From the NCBI GenBank assembly GCA_002269645.1, contig NIVC01003295.1, positions 1 through 64,000 of the forward strand: DNA of 64,000 bases, in the 5' to 3' direction. Positions 51,530-64,000 of the stretch are shown one piece after another. Origin of the DNA: Macrostomum lignano. Lineage: Eukaryota. Every line of letters begins with the position of its first letter. The first letter of the stretch is position 1. Made by a program: the position numbers and the translations under genes. Under the pieces are notes generated by a model, which was given only the letters and a program-made list of their open reading frames with translations, did no database searches and was not told where the DNA came from.

Positions 51530-51975
51530 GGTTTCCCTCTCGCTCCCTCCTCTCCGCTCCCTCCTCTCCGCTCCCTCCTCTCCGCTCCCTCCTCTCCGCT
51601 CCCTCCTCTCCGCTCCCTCCTCTCCGCTCCCTTCTCGATCCGCTCCCTCCTCTCCGCTCCCTCCTCTCCGCTCCCTTCTCGATCCGCTCCCTCCTCTCCG
51701 CTCCCTCACCCCGCTCCCTCCCCTCCGCTCCCTCCCCTCCGCTCCCTCCCCTCCGCTCCCTCCCCTCCGCTCCCTCCCCTCCGCTCCCTCCCCTCCGCTC
51801 CCTCCCCTCCGCTCCCTCCCCTCCGCTCCCTCCCCTCTGCTCCCTCCTCTCCGCTCCCTCCTATCCGCTCCCTCCTCTCCGCTCCCTCCCCTCCGCTCCC
51901 TCCCCTCCGCTCCCTCCTCTCCGCTCCCTCCCCTCCGCTCCCTCCCCTCCGCTCCCTCCTCTCCGCTCCCTCCTC
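51530..51975. repeat. 14-bp pyrimidine-rich minisatellite (CTCCGCTCCCTCCT)
   Basis: Direct inspection. Confidence 0.93.
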
Positions 51976-52292
51976 TCCCCCTCTCTCTCTCTGCCCCCTC
52001 TGTCTCCGTGTGTCCCAATTGTAACAACCAGTAAATTCTGTCTTAACAAACAATTTTCAAAACAGATACCTACTTTAACATGTTGCTGTATATTTATAGG
52101 AGGTGCAACTTTGATTGAATTTGATTTTAGGACGAGAAACCACGTACATGTGTGAGTACGTACTATTGTTACTTATTCCTAAACAGACTTCATGCAAAAT
52201 GACTCCAGTCTACACTTCATGTACGACCGTGTAATATTTCAAGTAGTTGTTTTTGCATCGTAAATACTCGTAGATGTACTCGATTTAAAATT

Positions 52293-53425
52293 TTAATCGC
52301 GTCGGAACCAGCGTTTAGCTGTGATGCCATCCCAGATTATTGTCTGAAAATTTGAACAAAATACGCTGTCTTTAAAGGAACAAGGAAGGAAGGAAGGAAG
52401 GAAGGAAGAAAGGAAGGAAGGAAGGAAGGAAGGAAGGAAGGAAGGAAGGAAGGAAGGAAGGAAGGAAGGAAGGAAGGAAGGAAGGAAGGCAGGAAGGAAG
52501 GAAGGAAGGAAGGAAGGAAGGAAGGAAGGAAGGAAGGAAGGAAGGAAGGAAGGAAGGAAGGAAGGAAGGAAGGAAGGAAGGAAGGAAGGAAGGAAGGAAG
52601 GAAGGAAGGAAGGAAGGAAGGAAGGAAGGAAGGAAGGAAGGAAGGAAGGAAGGAAGGAAGGAAGGAAGGAAGGAAGGAAGGAAGGAAGGAAGGAAGGAAG
52701 GAAGGAAGGAAGGAAGGAAGGAAGGAAGGAAGGAAGGAAGGAAGGAAGGAAGGAAGGAAGGAAGGAAGGAAGGAAGGAAGGAGGGAAGGAGGGAGGAAGG
52801 CAAGCAGGAAGGAAGGAAGGAAGGAAGGAAGGAAGGAAGGAAGGAAGGAAGGAAGGAAGGAAGGAAGGAAGAAGGCAAGCAGGAAGGAATGAAGGAAGGA
52901 AGGAAGGAAGGAAAAAACTATGAAAGAGTAGAAGTCAGAAAAAGTATCAACCTCACTAACCAGTAACAGTTCGCCATTGTCCAGCAGTTCTCGGACCTGC
53001 TTCCGCCCTGACCGCTTCAGCTCCTCAGCTGAAGCCGCTTCGCCCATGTGGATCACCAGCTTGCCGTCCTCCCAGCAGGCGAGGCACTGCACCGGGCAGC
53101 AATGATGGCTTGCTTGCTTGTGTGTTTACCAACTGGAGTAAAATATTTCATGTCAACTCAAGTTTTTTGATAAAGTTCTCACATTCAACTCTGTCGATGT
53201 TCCACGGTTCCACCTGGCGATGCTATCGATTGGCAGCCTCGTCTCCGTGTTGATCACCAGTGACTTCACCGAGAGCTGCACTTCCTCGCTGCCTCCGCTG
53301 CTGGCGTCCTCGATGCTCACCGAGACATTGAGCTTGGAGCCCAGCTTCTTGCCGATCCAGGACACGCCTTGGTGTGGGGCAGGGGTCTGTCTGTCTGTAT
53401 GTATGTCTGTCTGTCTGTCTGTCTT

Positions 53426-53491
<66 letters not shown>

Positions 53492-53582
53492 CATGCAAGA
53501 ACTCACCCATAGCGGTGAACACAGCCTCAAGATTTTCGTCTCGGTAAGAAGACCATTTGCCGAACAGTTCTGAGTTTGCCAT
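52293..53582 (-). CDS. FABP: Fatty acid-binding protein (iLBP/FABP family), ~145 aa
   Basis: Exons 53582-53507 (MANSELFGKWSSYRDENLEAVFTAM, phase 1), 53367-53183 (GVSWIGKKLGS...TELN|GTGAGA), 53086-52961 (CLACWEDGKLV...GELLL|GTTAGT), 52343-52293 (TIIWDGITAKRWFRRD*). FGKW..ENxE motif and 4-exon layout with phases 1,0,0 as in vertebrate FABPs. The exon 2/3 junction is the least certain. Confidence 0.82.
52383..52912. repeat. (GGAA)n microsatellite in FABP intron 3
   Basis: Direct inspection. Confidence 0.97.
53385..53490. repeat. (GTCT)n microsatellite in FABP intron 1
   Basis: Direct inspection. Confidence 0.95.
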
Positions 53583-53929
53583 GTCTGCAGTGGCACTGGC
53601 AGATCTTCAATCAAACGACTAAAAAGAAATGACGCAGTAAAACACAAATGCCCCTTCATTGATGCGCGAGTCGACTTTTATAAGTTTCTGTTCGTCCGGA
53701 ATTCAGTTCAAAATTCTGAGCCGTCTGTGCGGAAACTGGAAAGCAGATCAGTGTCTGTCTGGAAGATTTCGGTCGTGAGAAAACTAAACAAAACTAGCAA
53801 GTGCCTTCTTGTGGTGTTGTAAAATGGACTGAAATATTATAAAACTTGAAACTGGAGACTTCTGCAACTGCGGAAAATTATTGACTAGCACGTGACAGAA
53901 GCTCTGCATTGTAACATACAACCTATCCT

Positions 53930-54196
<267 letters not shown>

Positions 54197-54263
54197 GGTG
54201 AGGACTAAGGTGAGAATGAGGCGGAAGAGTTAGATCAAAAAGCAGGCTAAGCAGAATCATTAC

Positions 54264-54429
54264 ACTGAGCACAAACGGAACTCCCGAGCAGTGTTCCAAT
54301 GCCCATCGAATCCCATGCAGGTTCTTATAAGTCGGATTGTGGTAATGATCTTTAAAATTTGTCACCACCAAATCGCCGAACTCGTCGCTCTGCTTGTTAA
54401 AGTCGTCGATTTTCGTCCTGATCGGCGGA
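54264..54429 (-). pseudogene. Isolated exon of a beta-1,3-galactosyltransferase (GT31) with a frameshift
   Basis: CAG|SADQDENRRL [frameshift] SDEFGDLVVTNFKDHYHNPTYKNLHGIRWALEHCSGVPFVLS|GTAATG matches the GT31 E...GD....F.D.Y.NLT.K....W....C pattern. No neighbouring GT31 exons found. Confidence 0.65.
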
Positions 54430-54431
54430 CT

Positions 54432-57115
54432 GCAAGGGGGTGCCAAAGCTACTGCAGGTGGCGCCAAAGCTACTGCAGGGGGCGCCAAAGCTACTGCAGG
54501 TGGTGCCAAAGCTACTGCAGGTGGCGCCAAAGCTACTGTAGGTGGCGCCAAAGCTACTGTAGGTGGCGCCAAAGCTACTGCAGGGGGCGCCAAAGCTACT
54601 GCAGGGGGCGCCAAAGCTACTGCAGGGGTGCCAAAGGCGCCAAATACTGCAGGGGGTGCCAAAGGCGCCAAATACTGCAGGGGGTGCCAAAGGCGCCAAA
54701 TACTGCAGGGGGTGCCAAAGGCGTCAAATACTGCAGGGGGTGCCAAAGGCGCCAAATACTGCAGGGGGTGCCAAAGGCGCCAAATACTGCAGGGGGTGCC
54801 AAAGGCGCCAAATACTGCAGGGGGTGCCAAAGGCGCCAAATACTGCAGGGGGCGCCAAAGCTACTGCAGGGGGTGCCAAAGGCGCCAAATACTGCAGGGG
54901 GTGCCAAAGGCGCCAAATACTGCAGGGGGCGCCAAAGCTACTGCAGGGGGTGCCAAAGGCGCCAAATACTGCAGGGGGTGCCAAAGGCGCCAAATACTGC
55001 AGGGGGTGCCAAAGGCGCCAAATACTGCAGGGGGCGCCAAAGCTACTGCAGGGGTGCCAAAGGCGCCAAATACTGCAGGGGGTGCCAAAGGCGCCAAATA
55101 CTGCAGGGGGTGCCAAAGGCGCCAAATACTGCAGGGGTGCCAAAGGCGCCAAATACTGCAGCGGTGCCAATGCTACTGCAGGGGGTGCCAAAGCTACTGC
55201 AGGTGGTGCCAAAGCTACTGCAGGGGGTGCCAAAGCTACTGCAGGTGGCGCCAAAGCTACTGCAGGGGGTGCCAAAGCTACTGCAGGGGGTGCCAAAGCT
55301 ACTGCAGGGGGCGCCAAAGCTACTGCAGGTGGTGCCAAAGCTACTGCAGGTGGCGCCAAAGCTACTGCAGGGGGCGCCAAAGCTACTGCAGGGGGTGCCA
55401 AAGCTACTGCAGGGGGTGCCAAAGCTACTGCAGGGGGTGCAAAAGCTACTGCAGGGGGTGCCAAAGGCGCCAAATACTGCAGGGGGTGCCAAAGGCGCCA
55501 AATACTGCAGGGGGTGCCAAAGGCGCCAAATACTGCAGGGGGTGCCAAAGCTACTGCAGGGGGTGCCAAAGCTACTGCAGGTGGCGCCAAAGCTACTGCA
55601 GGGGGCGCCAAAGCTACTGCAGGTGGTGCCAAAGCTACTGCAGGGGGTGCCAAAGCTACTGCAGGTGGCGCCAAAGCTACTGCAGGGGGTGCCAAAGCTA
55701 CTGCAGGGGGTGCCAAAGCTACTGCAGGGGGCGCCAAAGCTACTGCAGGTGGTGCCAAAGCTACTGCAGGTGGCGCCAAAGCTACTGCAAGGGGCGCCAA
55801 AGCTACTGCAGGGGGTGCCAAAGCTACTGCAGGGGGTGCCAAAGCTACTGCAGGGGGTGCAAAAGCTACTGCAGGGGGTGCCAAAGGCGCCAAATACTGC
55901 AGGGGGTGCCAAAGGCGCCAAATACTGCAGGGGGTGCCAAAGGCGCCAAATACTGCAGGGGGTGCCAAAGCTACTGCAGGGGGTGCCAAAGCTACTGCAG
56001 GGGGCGCCAAAGCTACTGCAGGGGGCGCCAAAGCTACTGCAGGTGGTGCCAAAGCTACTGCAGGTGGCGCCAAAGCTACTGCAGGTGGCGCCAAAGCTAC
56101 TGCAGGGGGTGCCAAAGCTACTGCAGGTGGCGCCAAAGCTACTGCAGGGGGTGCCAAAGCTACTGCAGGGGGTGCCAAAGCTACTGCAGGGGGCGCCAAA
56201 GCTACTGCAGGTGGTGCCAAAGCTACTGCAGGTGGCGCCAAAGCTACTGCAGGGGGCGCCAAAGCTACTGCAGGGGGTGCCAAAGCTACTGCAGGGGGTG
56301 CCAAAGCTACTGCAGGGGGTGCAAAAGCTACTGCAGGGGGTGCCAAAGGCGCCAAATACTGCAGGGGGTGCCAAAGGCGCCAAATACTGCAGGGGGTGCC
56401 AAAGGCGCCAAATACTGCAGGGGGTGCCAAAGCTACTGCAGGGGGTGCCAAAGCTACTGCAGGTGGCGCCAAAGCTACTGCAGGGGCGCCAAAGCTACTG
56501 CAGGTGGTGCCAAAGCTACTGCAGGTGGCGCCAAAGCTACTGCAGGTGGCGCCAAAGCTACTGCAGGGGGTGCCAAAGCTACTGCAGGGGGTGCCAAAGC
56601 TACTGCAGGGGGCGCCAAAGCTACTGCAGGTGGTGCCAAAGCTACTGCAGGTGGCGCCAAAGCTACTGCAGGGGGCGCCAAAGCTACTGCAGGGGGTGCC
56701 AAAGCTACTGCAGGGGGTGCCAAAGCTACTGCAGGGGGTGCAAAAGCTACTGCAGGGGGTGCCAAAGCTACTGCAGGGGGTGCCAAAGCTACTGCAGGGG
56801 GTGCAAAAGCTACTGCAGGGGGCGCCAAAGCTACTGCAGGTGGCGCCAAAGCTACTGCAGGGGGCGCCAAAGCTACTGCAGGGGGCGCCAAAGCTACTTC
56901 AGGGGGCGCCAAAGCTACTGCAGGGGGCGCCAAAGCTACTGCAGGGGGCGCCAAAGCTACTGCAGGGGGCGCCAAAGCTACTGCAGGGGGCGCCAAAGCT
57001 ACTGCAGGGGGCGCCAAAGCTACTGCAGGTGGCGCCAAAGCTACTGCAGGGGGCGCCAAAGCTACTGCAGGGGGCGCCAAAGCTACTGCAGGGGCGCCAA
57101 AGCTACTGCAGGTGG
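54432..57115. repeat. 21-bp minisatellite (GCAGGTGGCGCCAAAGCTACT) with a longer variant unit (..GGTGCCAAAGGCGCCAAATACT), ~2.7 kb
   Basis: Direct inspection. Confidence 0.97.
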
Positions 57116-57199
57116 TGCATATGCTTTTGCCAACTGATTAGGGGTGGGTTAGGGTTAAGCCTAACAGAAGGCTGACTGTGGGTCGACAGGCGCACTGAT

Positions 57200-57500
57200 T
57201 TGCAAAGGGCTCCACTTGCATGCTGCCCCAATTCAGAAGCAGGTCGCGAGCTGGGGCGTGCAGCAGGAGCGGCGCCGCAGTGACGCCAGCCAGTTCCCCT
57301 CAGTGCGGCCCTGGGCTGGCATCCACTCGGCCGGCCAGAGCGAGGCCGTCTTCCCGGACAGTGCTGGTCGCCGAGGCCAAGCAGTGGCTTTCGAACTCGC
57401 GAATGTCCAAGACTGGACGGCCCGGTGGCCCGACCTAAACCCGATTGAGAACGCTTGGGCGCTGCTATAGGCGAGGAAGGCGTGGAGGCGAGGCTGGTGG
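57200..57500 (+). pseudogene. Tc1/mariner DD34E transposase remnant
   Basis: AKQWL [frameshift] VQDWTARWPDLNPIENAWALL* matches the Tc1 WPxxSPDLNPIENxW motif; frameshifted and stop-terminated. Confidence 0.75.
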
Positions 57501-57504
57501 GGAG

Positions 57505-60140
57505 CATGCCTGGGATCTGGGATCAGCATGGGATTTGGGGTCAGCATGGGATCTGGGGTCAGCATGGGATCTGGGATCAGCATGGGATCTGGGGTCAGCA
57601 TGGGATCTGGGGTCAGCATGGGATCTGGGGTCAGCATGGGATCTGAGATCAGCATGGGATCTGAGATCAGCATGGGATCTGGGATCAGCATGGGATCTGG
57701 GGTCAGCATGGGATCTGGGGTCAGCATGGGATCTGGGGTCAGCATGGGATCTGGGGTCAGCATGGGATCTGGGGTCAGCATGGGATCTGAGATCAGCATG
57801 GGATCTGGGGTCAGCATGGGATCTGGGGTCAGCATGGGATCTGGGGTCAGCATGGGATCTGGGGTCAGCATGGGATCTGAGATCAGCATGGGATCTGGGA
57901 TCAGCATGGGATCTGGGATCAGCATGGGATCTGGGGTCAGCATGGGATCTGGGGTCAGCATGGGATCTGAGATCAGCATGGGATCTGGGATCAGCATGGG
58001 ATCTGGGGTCAGCATGGGATCTGAGATCAGCATGGGATCTGGGATCAGCATGGGATCTGGGACCAGCATGGGATCTGGAACCAGCATGGGATCTGGAACC
58101 AGCATGGGATCTGGAACCAGCATGGGATCTGGAACCAGCATGGGATCTGGGATCAGCATGGGATCTGGGATCAGCATGGGATCTGAAATCAGCATGGGAT
58201 CTGGGATCAGCATGGGATCTGGGACCAGCATGGGATCTGGAACCAGCATGGGATCTGGGATCAGCATGGGATCTGAGATCAGCATGGGATCTGGGATCAG
58301 CATGGGATCTGGGATCAGCATGGGATCTGGGGTCAGCATGGGATCTGGGGTCAGCATGGGATCTGGGGTCAGCATGGGATCTGAGATCTGAGATCAGCAT
58401 GGGATCTGGAACCAGCATGGGATCTGGAACCAGCATGGGATCTGGAACCAGCATGTGATCTGGAACCAGCATGGGATCTGGAACCAGCATGGGATCTGGA
58501 ACCAGCATGGGATCTGAGATCAGCATGGGATCTGGGATCAGCATGGGATCTGGGATCAGCATGGGATCTGGGGTCAGCATGGGATCTGGGGTCAGCATGG
58601 GATCTGAGATCAGCATGGGATCTGGGATCAGCATGGGATCTGGGACCAGCATGGGATCTGGAACCAGCATGGGATCTGGAACCAGCATGGGATCTGGAAC
58701 CAGCATGGGATCTGGAACCAGCATGGGATCTGGGATCAGCATGGGATCTGGGATCAGCATGGGATCTGGGATCAGCATGGGATCTGGGATCAGCATGGGA
58801 TCTGAGATCAGCATGGGATCTGAGATCAGCATGGGATCTGAGATCAGCATGGGATCTGGGATCAGCATGGGATCTGGGGTCAGCATGGGATCTGGGATCA
58901 GCATGGGATCTGAAATCAGCATGGGATCTGAGATCAGCATGGGATCTGGGACCAGCATGGGATCTGGAACCAGCATGGGATCTGGAACCAGCATGGGATC
59001 TGGGATCAGCATGGGATCTGAGATCAGCATGGGATCTGGGATCAGCATGGGATCTGGGATCAGCATGGGATCTGGGGTCAGTATGGGATCTGGGGTCAGC
59101 ATGGGATCTGGGGTCAGCATGGGATCTGAGATCTGAGATCAGCATGGGATCTGGAACCAGCATGGGATCTGGAACCAGCATGGGATCTGGAACCAGCATG
59201 GGATCTGGAACCAGCATGGGATCTGGAACCAGCATGGGATCTGGAACCAGCATGGGATCTGGAACCAGCATGGGATCTGAGATCAGCATGGGATCTGGGA
59301 TCAGCATGGGATCTGGGATCAGCATGGGATCTGGGGTCAGCATGGGATCTGGGGTCAGCATGGGATCTGGGGTCAGCATGGGATCTGAGATCAGCATGGG
59401 ATCTGGGATCAGCATGGGATCTGAGATCAGCATGGGATCTGAGATCAGCATGGGATCTGAGATCAGCATGGGATCTGGGATCAGCATGGGATCTGGGATC
59501 AGCATGGGATCTGGGATCAGCATGGGATCTGAGATCAGCATGGGATCTGAGATCAGCATGGGATCTGCGACCAGCATGGGATCTGGAACCAGCATGGGAT
59601 CTGGAACCAGCATGGGATCTGGGATCAGCATGGGATCTGAGATCAGCATGGGATCTGGAACCAGCATGGGATCTGGAACCAGCATGGGATCTGGAACCAG
59701 CATGGGATCTGGAACCAGCATGGGATCTGGAACCAGCATGGGATCTGGAACCAGCATGGGATCTGAGATCAGCATGGGATCTGGGATCAGCATGGGATCT
59801 GGGATCAGCATGGGATCTGGGGTCAGCATGGGATCTGGGGTCAGCATGGGATCTGGGGTCAGCATGGGATCTGAGATCAGCATGGGATCTGGGATCAGCA
59901 TGGGATCTGGGACCAGCATGGGATCTGGAACCAGCATGGGATCTGGAACCAGCATGGGATCTGGAACCAGCATGGGATCTGGAACCAGCATGGGATCTGG
60001 AACCAGCATGGGATCTGGAACCAGCATGGGATCTGGAACCAGCATGGGATCTGGGATCAGCATGGGATCTGAGATCAGCATGGGATCTGAGATCAGCATG
60101 TGATCTGGGATCAGCATGGGATCTGGGATCAGCATGGGAT
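57505..60140. repeat. 18-bp minisatellite (CAGCATGGGATCTGGGAT and variants), ~145 copies
   Basis: Direct inspection. Confidence 0.97.
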
Positions 60141-60446
60141 CCCGTAGAAAATGAGAAATCTGGGTGAGCGTGTTGATTTTTCAAAGCTTATAGATTTTAA
60201 CCCAGTTATTTAGTTTTCATTATAATATTGTAATAATTGCTAATTCAGTATTATTATTACTAGTTATAATTTAACCCTCTCAATGTTAGTCAGCAGTTCA
60301 ACTTGTTAAGTCGCTGTTTACTTTTATCATATTTATTTTCTTATAGCACATTTTTAACAGAACAAAAATATAATTCGAAATACGCTACTAAATTAGTCAA
60401 ATTGAGTAGTACAATGCGAAATCATCAATTATTAATAGAAGCTTGA

Positions 60447-62517
60447 TTAGGCAAAATACTTGGCCGCCGCCGCGTCCATTACGCTGGCCAGACGGACGTC
60501 CCGACTGGATATGCCACCGCAGGAGTGCGTGGTCAGCGTGACGTCAACTCGATTGTAGACGTTGAACCACTCCGGGTGGTGGTCCAGCTTCTCAGCGTTC
60601 AGGGCCGAGTTGGTCATGAAGGAAAATGCCTGGAATTGGGAGAAGATATTAATTGATTTCGGGGCTCTGCGATTGACTGCAAGTCAGATCTCATCCACCA
60701 CAATAGAATTCAGCAAGTCAGATCTCACCCACAATAGAATTCAGCAAGTCAAATCTCACCCACAATAGAATTCAGCAAGTCAAATCTCACCCACAATAGA
60801 ATTCAGCAAGTCAGATCTCACCCACAATAGAATTCAGCAAGTCAAATCTCACCCACAATAGAATTCAGCAAGTCAAATCTCACCCACAATAGAATTCAGC
60901 AAGTCAGATCTCACCCACAATAGAATTCAGCAAGTCAAATCTCACCCACAATAGAATTCAGCAAGTCAAATCTCACCCACAATAGAATTCAGCAAGTCAA
61001 ATCTCACCCACAATAGAATTCAGCAAGTCAAATCTCACCCACAATAGAACTCAGCAAGTCAAATCTCATCCACCACAATAGAATTCAGCAAGTCAAAATC
61101 TCACCCACAATAGTATTCAGCAAGTCAAATCTCACCCACAATAGAATTCAGCAAGTCAAAATCTCACCCACAATAGAATTCAGCAAGTCAAAATCTCACC
61201 CACAATAGAATTCAGCAAGTCAAAATCTCACCCACAATAGAATTCAGCAAGTCAAATCTCATCCTCCACAATAGAACTCAGCAAGTCAAATCTCATCCAC
61301 CACAATAGAATTCAGCAAGTCAAAATCTCCCCCACAATAGAATTCAGCAAGTCAAATCTCATCCTCCACAATAGAACTCAGCAAGTCAAATCTCATCCAC
61401 CACAATAGAATTCAGCAAGTCAAAATCTCACCCACAATAGAATTCAGCAAGTCAAATCTCATCCTCCACAATAGAACTCAGCAAGTCAAATCTCATCCAC
61501 CACAATAGAATTCAGCAAGTCAAAATCTCCCCCACAATAGAATTCAGCAAGTCAAATCTCATCCTCCACAATAGAACTCAGCAAGTCAAATCTCATCCAG
61601 CACAATAGAATTCAGCAAGTCAAAATCTCACCCACAATAGAATTCAGCAAGTCAAATCTCATCCTCCACAATAGAACTCAGCAAGTCAAATCTCATCCAC
61701 CACAATAGAATTCAGCAAGTCAAAATCTCCCCCACAATAGAATTCAGCAAGTCAAATCTCATCCTCCACAATAGAACTCAGCAAGTCAAATCTCATCCAC
61801 CACAATAGAATTCAGCAAGTCAAATCTCACCCACAATAGTATTCAGCAAGTCAAATCTCACCCACAACAGTATTCAGCAAGTCAAAATCTCACCCACAAT
61901 AGAATTCAGCAAGTCAAATCTCATCCACCACAATAGAATTCAGCAAGTCAAATCTCACCCACAATAGAATTCAGCAAGTCAAATCTCACCCACAATAGAA
62001 TTCAGCAAGTCAAATCTCACCCACAATAGTATTCAGCAAGTCAAAATCTCACCCACAATAGAATTCAGCAAGTCAAATCTCACCCACTCACAATAGTACA
62101 ATCTCAGTCATGCATAAGATGTTGCTTTACAATGGTTGTATTTTGCATTTGAGAGTCACAGTAAGCTGTAGGCCTACCCTTAAAAAAATCACCCTTAGGG
62201 AAATAGCATGCATGCCTGCTGAAAATCCTTGAACTTGTAACTCTTGAAGATGGCATCGCGACCATCAACCAGTTTCCAACTGCTCTGCAGCAGTGGATCC
62301 AGCAGCTCCTGTCTCTGCTCTGGGCTCAGCTTGGAAGGACCCTATGATTGAAAACAACATTGTATAAAAATCTAGCAAATAAATAAAAATGCAAACATGT
62401 TAACAGATATACCTTCTTAGTTGGGAGAGAAGTATCCATGCTAAGTAGTCGTTGTCCAACACACTGCCACAGTCTGCAAGGAAGTACAAGGCCATAGCTT
62501 GCATACAAATGTTGCAT
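60447..62517 (-). CDS. PCBD: Pterin-4-alpha-carbinolamine dehydratase (PCD/DCoH), ~137 aa with a possible N-terminal presequence
   Basis: Exons 62517-62413 (AAG|GTATAT; less certain), 62341-62216 ([14 protein letters not shown]...[16 protein letters not shown]|GCATGC) and 60629-60447 (AFSFMT...[41 protein letters not shown]...*). Signature [12 protein letters not shown]. Confidence 0.9.
60680..62090. repeat. 31-bp minisatellite (CAAGTCAAATCTCACCCACAATAGAATTCAG) in PCBD intron
   Basis: Direct inspection. Confidence 0.97.
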
Positions 62518-63693
62518 TAAAACAGTTTTTCACTCAATAATGCCAGAAATAAAAGTGATGCAATATTTTAATATGAAATTTAAACATAAAGTCACCTAAA
62601 GTACTGTCTTAATAAAATGTTTTAGATAACTGAAATATAGATAACTATTTTGCAAAAAATATTTCTTGAAAAAAACAAAGGATTTATTAGATAAAAGATT
62701 TTACTCTATATTCTTTTAATAATCAGTTTTTTACAAAGCTTACTATGCTACTAAACAGCTGACCCTTTTATTCTTTATATCTATTTATATAAATGCAATT
62801 AAAAAACTATAATATGGAACTCAATAAAATCAAGAAAGTGTGATTTAATCGTAAAATAATTACTACAAATATAAAACAAAAAGTGAAATTAATTTTAGTT
62901 GCCATCACTTAAAGATAGAATATATTTTTTAAAACAATATATTATAGTAATTATGGTATTGGTATGATGGCTACACTATGAAAAAGGATGGAGACTAGTT
63001 AAATAATTTTATAAATAAGAAAATAATAAAATATGCAATGAAAAACCTAAGATCATTGTCATTGAGCAAACAAATATTGTATTGTATAAACTTTCTTGAG
63101 AATTTCAATTCAATTGCGAGGTCCATGTATATTACTTAGCTGCAGCACATTAGCAGCAAATTTTATACCATTCAAATTAGCTTAACAACACTTCAAGTTT
63201 TTAAATCTTCCTCCTATCTCATTTAAGAATCTAGGTCTAGGTCATCTAGCCAAGCAAGTAATCAGCAATGAATTTTTCATTGGCAGGGTATATTATATTA
63301 TATAGCTCGTAACGCCTGACGCCTACCGCCTAAAATTTTAAACATTCTTAAAAAACATTGTTTTGAAAAATTGCTTTTGTAAATCGTGGCTTTCAAATTA
63401 AAACACAGATATTATTGTTTTTAAAAAATATGTTTTTATCAACTCAAAGTAAAAGCACCAAACAAATTAAACGTGTTTATTATGAGGAAATTTAAATTTG
63501 CATAGCACTTAAGCATTTTGAGTTTTGTTGACTTTGTTTCCTAGTCATTCAAATGAATTGCAAGAACTTTTTAAGGCATTCTCTTGTCCAGTAGATGAGT
63601 GAGTACATTTAAATAAACTACCCCGTTTTAGACATATCAGTTTCTTAAAACAGAAAAGAAGCAGCCTTTGAAGGCGGAGCAATTAAACGGCCA

Positions 63694-63840
63694 ATGTCTA
63701 CTTGCGCATGCTTTGAAGTTGAAGTACAAGCAGCTTATAGTACTGGTCCTGCTTACACAACCGTTGGATTAATTATCGGTCTTATCATCGGCTTCCTTTT
63801 AACTTTTATTTTACTATGGATCTTCTGTTTTAATACGAAG
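63694..63840 (+). CDS. Exon encoding a transmembrane segment (first or internal exon of a gene that continues beyond the window)
   Basis: MSTCACFEVEVQAAYSTGPAYTTVGLIIGLIIGFLLTFILLWIFCFNTK followed by the donor AAG|GTACGT (phase 0). Missed by the ORF track because it is short. Confidence 0.55.
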
Positions 63841-63986
63841 GTACGTTAGATCCTATTTAAAGTATAAAAATGTTATGTAGTTCTTCTTGTCACTTATATT
63901 TGTAGATATATTTGCCCCTGTCGTCGTGGGTTGGAAGCTAGATTTAGTTTATTGGGTATTGTTTCTGATTTACTAAAATATGTAGT

Positions 63987-64000
63987 CCCATATACTAAAA
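63987..64000 (+). mobile_element. Probable 5' end of another Helitron-like copy at the window edge
   Basis: GTAG|TCCCATATACTAAAA resembles TCCTATATACTAAAA at 24014 and 27374. Confidence 0.45.

Noticed and set aside
53108-53214. Alternative FABP intron 2 (AG|GTGGAA...GCAAG|C)
   Set aside because: Weaker splice sites and phase 2. The chosen junction has a GTGAGA donor, phase 0 and a length matching the FABP alignment.
54291-57175. 870-948 aa ORFs (GGAKATA, VPKLLQG, APPAVAL repeats) as adhesive or structural proteins
   Set aside because: They translate a 21-bp satellite that is open in several frames on both strands. The peptide phase shifts within each ORF, so no frame is conserved.
57233-60184. 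MGSGIS and MLIPDP repeat ORFs as silk- or glue-like proteins
   Set aside because: 18-bp satellite open on both strands, with frame-breaking slips at ~58382 and ~59127, no signal peptide and no splice context.

Overview
Eukaryotic (metazoan) genomic DNA with GC-rich exons and AT-rich or repeat-filled introns. The style resembles the free-living flatworm Macrostomum, but this is inference only. Six complete spliced genes can be assembled by hand with consistent splice phases: a synaptotagmin-like TM-C2A-C2B protein (-, 3 coding exons), cytosolic alanyl-tRNA synthetase (+, 7 exons), a KHDRBS/Sam68-like STAR KH protein (+, 2 exons), a DNase I (+, 3 exons), a FABP (-, 4 exons) and a pterin-4-alpha-carbinolamine dehydratase (-, 3 exons, one GC-AG intron). 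There is also an intronless secreted protein of unknown family (-), a TM-encoding exon at the right edge (+), and remnants of a GT31 galactosyltransferase, a LINE endonuclease and a Tc1 transposase. Roughly a third of the window is micro/minisatellite, and nearly every long intron holds its own array. The most distinctive structure is a Helitron-like family: two ~3.1-3.4 kb head-to-tail copies that each carry two different minisatellite arrays (24014-30430), a run of 123-179 bp mini-copies joined head-to-tail (42790-43145), and a further 5' end at the window edge. Two tRNA-derived SINE copies and several hairpin/MITE-like elements are present. All long repetitive ORFs in the track are artefacts of tandem repeats. 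No search or folding tool was run; family assignments rest on recognised motifs.
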